Source: Ignavibacteria bacterium UBA2373 (lineage in GTDB: Bacteria > Bacteroidota > Ignavibacteria > Kapaibacteriales > UBA961). From it: a stretch of 64,000 bases of DNA. Both the position numbers and the translations under genes were made by a program. Shown piece after piece: positions 58,410 to 64,000 of the stretch (position 1 is the first letter of the stretch; each line of letters opens with the position of its first letter). Under the pieces are notes generated by a model. The model did not search any database. It saw only the letters and a list, made by a program, of their open reading frames with translations, and had not been told where the DNA came from. Location of the stretch: the NCBI GenBank assembly GCA_002344005.1, contig DDTD01000046.1, positions 317 through 64,316 of the forward strand, given 5' to 3'.

Positions 58410-59672
58410 TTAATATTCGTCGGTTTTTACCCGCGTAATGGAAGCCCCCAAATTGCGCAATTTGTCTTCCAATGCTTCATAGCCGCGATCTAAATGATAG
58501 ACACGCAAAATTTCCGAGCGTCCTTCGGCTACTAAAGCAGCTAAGATAAGACTTGCACTTGCGCGTAAATCGGAGGACATGACCGTTGCACCGGATAATT
58601 GATGCCCCCCTTGAATAAGGGCGGTATTTTCATGGACATCTACTTTTGCTCCAAGGCGATGTAATTCCGGTACATGATGAAAACGTGTGGGGTAAATCAT
58701 ATCGGTCACACGTGAAGCACCGGGAGCCGTCATCATATATGCCACCCATTGTGCTTGCGCATCCGTAGGAAATCCGGGATATGGCGCTGTCGTAATATCC
58801 ACGGGCTGCGGTGCATCATTCATTTCTATCATAATGGTATTGCCCGTCACATCAAGTGTGCAGCCGCTTTCTTCCAATTTGGCTATCACTGCCGTCAAAT
58901 GATAAGGATTCACGCCATCCAATTGCACTTTACCGCGTGTCATTGCCGCACCAATTAAAAATGTTGCTGCTTCGATGCGATCGGGTATAATGTCATCTTC
59001 GACGGACTTGAGAGCGTCCACACCTTCAATTTCTAAGGTGGTGGTGCCAATACCCTCAATTTTTGCCCCCATTTTTACCAATAACTTTGCAAGAGCAGTG
59101 ACTTCGGGTTCCAAAGCGGCATTGGTTAAAATTGTGGAACCTTTTGCCAACACTGCTGCCGATAAAACATTTTCTGTTGCTCCCACACTTGATACATCAA
59201 AATGGAAACGTGTGCCTTTCAATCCTTCGGTATGTGCATTGATATACCCATTTTCAATATCAATGTTTGCCCCTAATTTTTCGAGTCCGCGTAAATGTAA
59301 ATCCACGGGACGGGGTCCGAAAGCGCAGCCGCCCGGCAAAGACACACGTGCCCGACCATAGCGGGCAATAAGCGGACCCAACACATTAATCGAAGCACGC
59401 ATTTGCTTGACATGCTGATAGGGCGCTTCATAGCTGTTAATATTTGTCGAATCTATAAAGAGTTCATTTTTATTAAGTTCGGAGTGTATGCCCATTGCAC
59501 CGAGCAAACGGGTGATTGTCCAAATATCGCGTATATTGGGTGTATTGTGAAATCTATACACACCGGGTTGCAATAATACCGCCGGTATAATGGCAAGCGC
59601 CGCATTCTTCGCGCCTGAAATACGAACGGTACCGCTTAACCGCACACCGCCTTCAACAATAAATTTATCCAT
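58410..59672 (-). CDS. murA: UDP-N-acetylglucosamine 1-carboxyvinyltransferase
   Basis: MDKFIVEGGVRLSGTVRISGAKNAALAI and the active-site region LPGGCAFGPRPVDLH; 420 aa. Confidence 0.95.
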   Translation of the reverse strand: MDKFIVEGGVRLSGTVRISGAKNAALAIIPAVLLQPGVYRFHNTPNIRDIWTITRLLGAMGIHSELNKNELFIDSTNINSYEAPYQHVKQMRASINVLGPLIARYGRARVSLPGGCAFGPRPVDLHLRGLEKLGANIDIENGYINAHTEGLKGTRFHFDVSSVGATENVLSAAVLAKGSTILTNAALEPEVTALAKLLVKMGAKIEGIGTTTLEIEGVDALKSVEDDIIPDRIEAATFLIGAAMTRGKVQLDGVNPYHLTAVIAKLEESGCTLDVTGNTIMIEMNDAPQPVDITTAPYPGFPTDAQAQWVAYMMTAPGASRVTDMIYPTRFHHVPELHRLGAKVDVHENTALIQGGHQLSGATVMSSDLRASASLILAALVAEGRSEILRVYHLDRGYEALEDKLRNLGASITRVKTDEY

Positions 59673-59753
59673 TGTTCTCTATGAGTTGTGAAATGTACTA
59701 TCTCTGTTATGCAAAACTACGGACAACGCTTCGGATAACCGTTGCTTCGCCTT

Positions 59754-60215
59754 TTATCGGGATTGTATGTTTTGCTCAAGTAATTGCTTAGTCTTTTTTT
59801 GCCGATACCGAAACATAGCTTTGGTCACATGGCGCACAATAAGCATATCAATAAGAGCTCCGAGCATACCGAATGGTAAAGAGTAGGTAAATGTATCTGT
59901 CATTATTGTCATTGTCCCATCGGCAATAAACTCTCTTGTTTGACGCATGGAGTAAAATGGTCCGCGTACCTGTTCATCGGTTAAACGTCGTGGAAAATCA
60001 TATTCCACAAAACGAATATGTATATGTTGAGCAGGCAAAATCCATTGCCGGAGGGATAAATGAACCTCTTGCCCCAAACCCGGCTCACTCCATTTATCTA
60101 AGTCCACCGTGATATAGGGCGGCGTAATTTTGGCTAAATTTTCAGGATTGGTATGAAATAAAAATACCGCCTCCTGTGTCGCCTGTATTGTAATAGATTG
60201 CTGAATTGTTGTCAT
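59754..60215 (-). CDS. SRPBCC-like (START/cyclase-dehydrase fold) protein, function unknown
   Basis: 153 aa. The N-terminal IQQSITIQATQEAVFLFHTNPENLAKITPP pattern resembles SRPBCC proteins. No catalytic motif. Confidence 0.4.
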   Translation of the reverse strand: MTTIQQSITIQATQEAVFLFHTNPENLAKITPPYITVDLDKWSEPGLGQEVHLSLRQWILPAQHIHIRFVEYDFPRRLTDEQVRGPFYSMRQTREFIADGTMTIMTDTFTYSLPFGMLGALIDMLIVRHVTKAMFRYRQKKTKQLLEQNIQSR

Positions 60216-60234
60216 GGTAAAGAAACATTATTTT

Positions 60235-62412
60235 TTATTCCGCATTAGTATCATCTATATAATGGAAGTCTATCGTGCGTTTATCTTGATTAATACGTGC
60301 AATGCGAATATTGACTTTCTCGCCGATACGAAATACTTTATGGGTTCTTTTCCCGATAAGTCGGAAATTCTTTTCATCAAAAATATAATAATCACCCGCC
60401 ATATCACGCAAAGGGATTAATCCTTCAATACCCAAGCCATCAACAAGCACAAATAAACCGAAATTAACAATTCCCGATACCGTTCCTGTTAATATTTCAC
60501 CAAAATGCCGCTGAGCAAGCTCTACTTGTGCCACTTTGATGGAAGCTCTTTCTGCTTCGACGGATACTCTTTCGGTCAAAGAACAATGCTCGGCACCAAC
60601 TTCCACCCAACGACGTAATTCTGAGAGTGCAGCATGGTGATATTCATTATTCGCAGCATAATATTTTAATAAACGATGCACCATAATATCGGGATAACGG
60701 CGAATAGGCGATGTAAAATGCGCATAATCTTTAAATCCTAAACCATAATGCCCAATATTACTGTCGGAATAGATAGCTTTTGCCATAGACCGCAACAAAA
60801 ATTGATTAATGACATCACGTTCGGGTAAATTTTCCACAGCTTTAATAATTGCTTGTATTTCTTTGGAGTTAAGATTTTGTGTTTTTGTTTTAATCCCGAG
60901 CGTACCGACAAAACGCAAGACATCGCGCAATTTTTCCATATCGGGTTTATCATGCACGCGATAGACAAATGGTAAATTTCCTTTTATTTTTTTCTCTTTT
61001 TGCACAGTGTGAATATGTGCGGCAATAACTTTATTTGCCAAGAGCATACATTCTTCCACTAAGGATGTGGCATCGGTACGTGATTTGAGAACAGCACGCA
61101 CAGGAATTTTATGTTCATCGAGAATAAATTTTATTTCTTTGGTTTCAAAGTCAATTCCTCCTTGGCGGAAACGTTTTTTACGGAGTATTTGCGCCAAAGA
61201 GTTAAGTCGTAGAGCCAAGTCTTGTACCGCAGCATTTTTACCTTTGAGTGTTGTATCGGGCGCATCAATCATTGCTTGCACTTCATTATAGGTACAACGC
61301 CTTTCACTTTTTATCATACTTTCAACGATTTGATACGAAGCTACAGCCCCCAAAGGAGTCATTTCCATCATGACGCTATATGTTAAACGTACTTCCTGAG
61401 GCACTAAAGAACAAATATTGGTGGATAAAGATTCCGGCAACATCGGCACAACTCTGTCCACAAGATAGGTGCTATTGCCGCGGCGGAGTGCTTCCTTATC
61501 CAAAGCAGAACCTTCACGTACATAATAGCTGACATCGGCAATATGCACTCCAAGCAATTGATTACCATTGTCCAACGGTATCAAAGAAAGAGCATCATCG
61601 TGGTCTTTCGCATCGTCGGGGTCAATAGTAATGACCAATGTTTTGCGTAAATCGAGACGATCTTTGAGTGCGCGTGTCGGTGGGATTTTGGCTACATCTT
61701 TGGCTTCATTTTCCACATCAGGCGGGAAACTAGCATTCAAAGAAAATTCACGCAAAACGGCATCCAGCTCAACAGCAATATCACCCGAATTACCAAGCAC
61801 TTCCACAATGACCACTTCGGGACTTTTATGGGGATTATCCCAACGTAAAAAACGAGCAATCACTTTATCGCCATGCTTTGCACCATTCAAGTTTCGATGA
61901 TGGACAAGAAAATCAACCAAATACTTATCATCATCATCGGGAATGACAAAGAAAAAGTCGCCGTCATGCTCTACTTTTCCCCCAATAAGCAATTCATTGC
62001 GCGAAACAACAGAAGTGACCACACCATAAGGACGCTTGTCTTTTTTCAAGGCAAGTAATTTCACGGTCACAGTATCGCCATCAAGAGCCGTATCGCAATG
62101 AGCAGGTTTACAATAGACAATCGGGAAATCGGCATCGCCTGTTTCAATCACACCGCGGTTTTGCACTATGCGAATTATGCCCTTGAACTCATTGGAAAAA
62201 CCGACGGGCTTCCAACTGTAACGGCGGCGCGTGGATTTATGTATCTCCTTGTTTTGCACCAAATAGTCAATGGCAGACTTGAGATCGCTGTATTCTTTGG
62301 AAGTAGCAGCAATGCTCAACTGCTTAGCTAATTCATTGAGCCGCAAATGATTAGGGCTTGCTTTTTTAAGGATTTCAACTATCTGTTTACGTAATTCTTC
62401 GGATTTTTTCAT
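60235..62412 (-). CDS. rnr: ribonuclease R
   Basis: N-terminal winged-helix/cold-shock region, RNB domain (DPDDAKDHDDAL, HIADVSYYV, STYLVDRVVPMLP) and a C-terminal S1 domain (GTVSGIVNFGLFV); 725 aa. Confidence 0.93.
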   Translation of the reverse strand: MKKSEELRKQIVEILKKASPNHLRLNELAKQLSIAATSKEYSDLKSAIDYLVQNKEIHKSTRRRYSWKPVGFSNEFKGIIRIVQNRGVIETGDADFPIVYCKPAHCDTALDGDTVTVKLLALKKDKRPYGVVTSVVSRNELLIGGKVEHDGDFFFVIPDDDDKYLVDFLVHHRNLNGAKHGDKVIARFLRWDNPHKSPEVVIVEVLGNSGDIAVELDAVLREFSLNASFPPDVENEAKDVAKIPPTRALKDRLDLRKTLVITIDPDDAKDHDDALSLIPLDNGNQLLGVHIADVSYYVREGSALDKEALRRGNSTYLVDRVVPMLPESLSTNICSLVPQEVRLTYSVMMEMTPLGAVASYQIVESMIKSERRCTYNEVQAMIDAPDTTLKGKNAAVQDLALRLNSLAQILRKKRFRQGGIDFETKEIKFILDEHKIPVRAVLKSRTDATSLVEECMLLANKVIAAHIHTVQKEKKIKGNLPFVYRVHDKPDMEKLRDVLRFVGTLGIKTKTQNLNSKEIQAIIKAVENLPERDVINQFLLRSMAKAIYSDSNIGHYGLGFKDYAHFTSPIRRYPDIMVHRLLKYYAANNEYHHAALSELRRWVEVGAEHCSLTERVSVEAERASIKVAQVELAQRHFGEILTGTVSGIVNFGLFVLVDGLGIEGLIPLRDMAGDYYIFDEKNFRLIGKRTHKVFRIGEKVNIRIARINQDKRTIDFHYIDDTNAE

Positions 62413-62662
62413 TTATAATTACTTCCTAATTTTGCTCAAATGTTTGTGGATACCTCTATGGTGAAAATGACTCATTTATCATAAGAGCGGACAAATGGGC
62501 ACAAAATTCACCGGTAATAAAGTTCAAACTTAGTGAACGAAAACCATATAGAAGGCTATGCTTGCCCATACGATGAAAATAAAAATATACTGTGCGATGA
62601 AAGAAACAATTATTTTTGCATTGATTTGCAGCACAAACATCCCCAAGAGAATCAACAACACT

Positions 62663-63781
62663 ATGATATACAGTATAGTACGCTTTCTTTTTGTCGTATT
62701 GGTATTTTGGTTGGCATCATGCTCACCGTCCCGACAACAAGCAGAAACTTATTATGAGCAAGCATTGGCATTATCGAAATCCAATAAAGATACAGCAGCA
62801 ATCGGCTTACTTGAAAAAGCAGTAAAATTGGATGCTAATTATTTTCAAGCATGGTATGCACTGGGCACCATTTACTATCACTCCGACCAATATTACAAAG
62901 CCGCCGATGCTTTTGATCATGCTGTCAAACTTGAAGATGATGATTTCCTTTCCCATAATTATTGCGGTTTAAGCAATGCGCGAGTTGGCAAATATCACGA
63001 TGCAATTTCCCATTTTGAAAAAGCAATCTCGGTATGTCCCGACACCTTGCTGCCGGGCGAGACCCATACCAATCTTGCCGCTTCTTTGGTGCAGATAGGC
63101 GAAATCAATAAAGCATTGGACTATTACAAATCGGGTTTGGATATTTTAGTACGCAGTGCCAATGAAAATGACAGGGCTTTAGTCCCCGCCACCTATTATG
63201 ATGCAGCCAATACGCTTGCGGGCGCAGGTGCTTTACAAAGTGCCATACCGCTTTATTCTATGGCAATAACGCTGAAACCATCATTCAAAGAAGCAATCCA
63301 TTTTCTTGCCTTGACCCATTTTAATCTCGGAGAATATGACTCGGCGGAGGTGTATTGGCTAAAAGCTATTGCTGTAGATGTGGGTTATTCTGCTCCGTAT
63401 GGAGGACTTTCCAAAATTCGCAAGTTGCAAAAAAAATCGTGGGAAGCAAATAATTTATTAGGGTTGCAAGAAGCATATAAAGGTAATTTACCAATCGCCT
63501 ATAATCATTTTCAAAACGCGCTCTATGGTAATCCGGATTTTACGCCGGCATATTACAATATCGGGCTTTGCTGTGCTTTACTTGGTAAGTATGACCTTGC
63601 TCTCACCAATTTGAAAAAAGCACATAATATCATGGCGCAATCGCCATTACCGGCGGCGGCTCTTTCCTTTTTATTTGCAAAACAACATAAAGAGAAAGAA
63701 GCAGAGCAATGGAAACGCATTTCAGATGCAACACAAAAAGCAAATGCTATTCCTCCTATAGAAAAATCATTCATGTTTTAA
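62663..63781 (+). CDS. TPR-repeat lipoprotein
   Basis: Start taken at MIYSIVRFLFVVLVFWLASC (lipobox). Multiple 34-aa TPR-like units (..YYEQALAL.., ..AWYALGTIYY.., ..AIHFLALTHFNLGEYDSA..). Confidence 0.7.
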   Translation: MIYSIVRFLFVVLVFWLASCSPSRQQAETYYEQALALSKSNKDTAAIGLLEKAVKLDANYFQAWYALGTIYYHSDQYYKAADAFDHAVKLEDDDFLSHNYCGLSNARVGKYHDAISHFEKAISVCPDTLLPGETHTNLAASLVQIGEINKALDYYKSGLDILVRSANENDRALVPATYYDAANTLAGAGALQSAIPLYSMAITLKPSFKEAIHFLALTHFNLGEYDSAEVYWLKAIAVDVGYSAPYGGLSKIRKLQKKSWEANNLLGLQEAYKGNLPIAYNHFQNALYGNPDFTPAYYNIGLCCALLGKYDLALTNLKKAHNIMAQSPLPAAALSFLFAKQHKEKEAEQWKRISDATQKANAIPPIEKSFMF

Positions 63782-63814
63782 TATTTTTTTACGTTCCTTA
63801 ATTTCGGAGACATT

Positions 63815-64000
63815 ATGAAGTCAGTTCAACGTTTAGCCATCGTCGCATGCTTAGCTCTTTTCTCACTCACACAATGGCATTGTTCCAATGCAAGTAAAGA
63901 GGCGGAATATGAATGCTTTAAAGGCGAAACATATTCACGCTTGGGTGATCAAAAAAAAGCTATCATATCATTTAAAAAAGCCATTGAGCATAATAGCGAT
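63815..64000 (+). CDS. TPR-like lipoprotein, N-terminal fragment (runs off the right edge)
   Basis: ATG 63815 gives MKSVQRLAIVACLALFSLTQWHCSNA (lipobox-like), then ..GETYSRLGDQKKAIISFKKAIEHNSD (TPR-like). Open to the end of the window. Not in the ORF track. Confidence 0.5.
   Translation, partial: MKSVQRLAIVACLALFSLTQWHCSNASKEAEYECFKGETYSRLGDQKKAIISFKKAIEHNSD

Noticed and set aside
1-64000. Mobile elements (transposase, integrase, phage genes), rRNA and tRNA genes
   Set aside because: No ORF shows DDE/tyrosine/serine recombinase or phage structural motifs. No intergenic region shows tRNA-like or rRNA-like sequence on inspection. This visual scan could still miss a tRNA, and tRNAscan/Infernal should confirm.

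Overview
This 64-kb chromosomal segment is about 38-40% GC by hand counts on sample lines. It probably comes from an FCB-superphylum bacterium (Bacteroidota, Ignavibacteriota or Chlorobiota-like). The basis for that inference is three proteins with T9SS-type C-terminal sorting domains, TAnnTTTG-type promoter boxes and a serine-palmitoyltransferase-like gene. I support about 50 protein-coding genes. Most are housekeeping: dxs, ribH, tsaD, cinA, dnaG, murA, rnr, accD, PBP1A, a P-type Ca-ATPase and a flotillin/YqiJ pair. There is one clear RNA gene that the ORF track misses: a type-A RNase P RNA on the minus strand at about 30315-30731. I saw no CRISPR array, transposase, integrase, rRNA or tRNA. 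The most unusual items are as follows. (1) A tightly overlapping nine-gene minus-strand operon (21691-13516) mixes NeuB-like, SpsF-like cytidylyltransferase and GT-B genes with a split transketolase, a class-III aminotransferase, an SDR, a fatty-acid hydroxylase and an LpxH-like phosphoesterase; this does not match canonical nonulosonic-acid pathways. (2) Two GC-rich mosaics of short hairpin-forming repeat modules bracket a BNR/T9SS gene (840-1500 and 4442-4712). (3) Two translationally coupled lipoprotein genes are followed by an orphan PhnC-type ABC ATPase. (4) A 1517-aa vWA + double-propeller + Ig-like + T9SS protein. (5) A relic of a D-lactate-dehydrogenase gene. All product calls rest on motif recognition by eye; no database search was possible.
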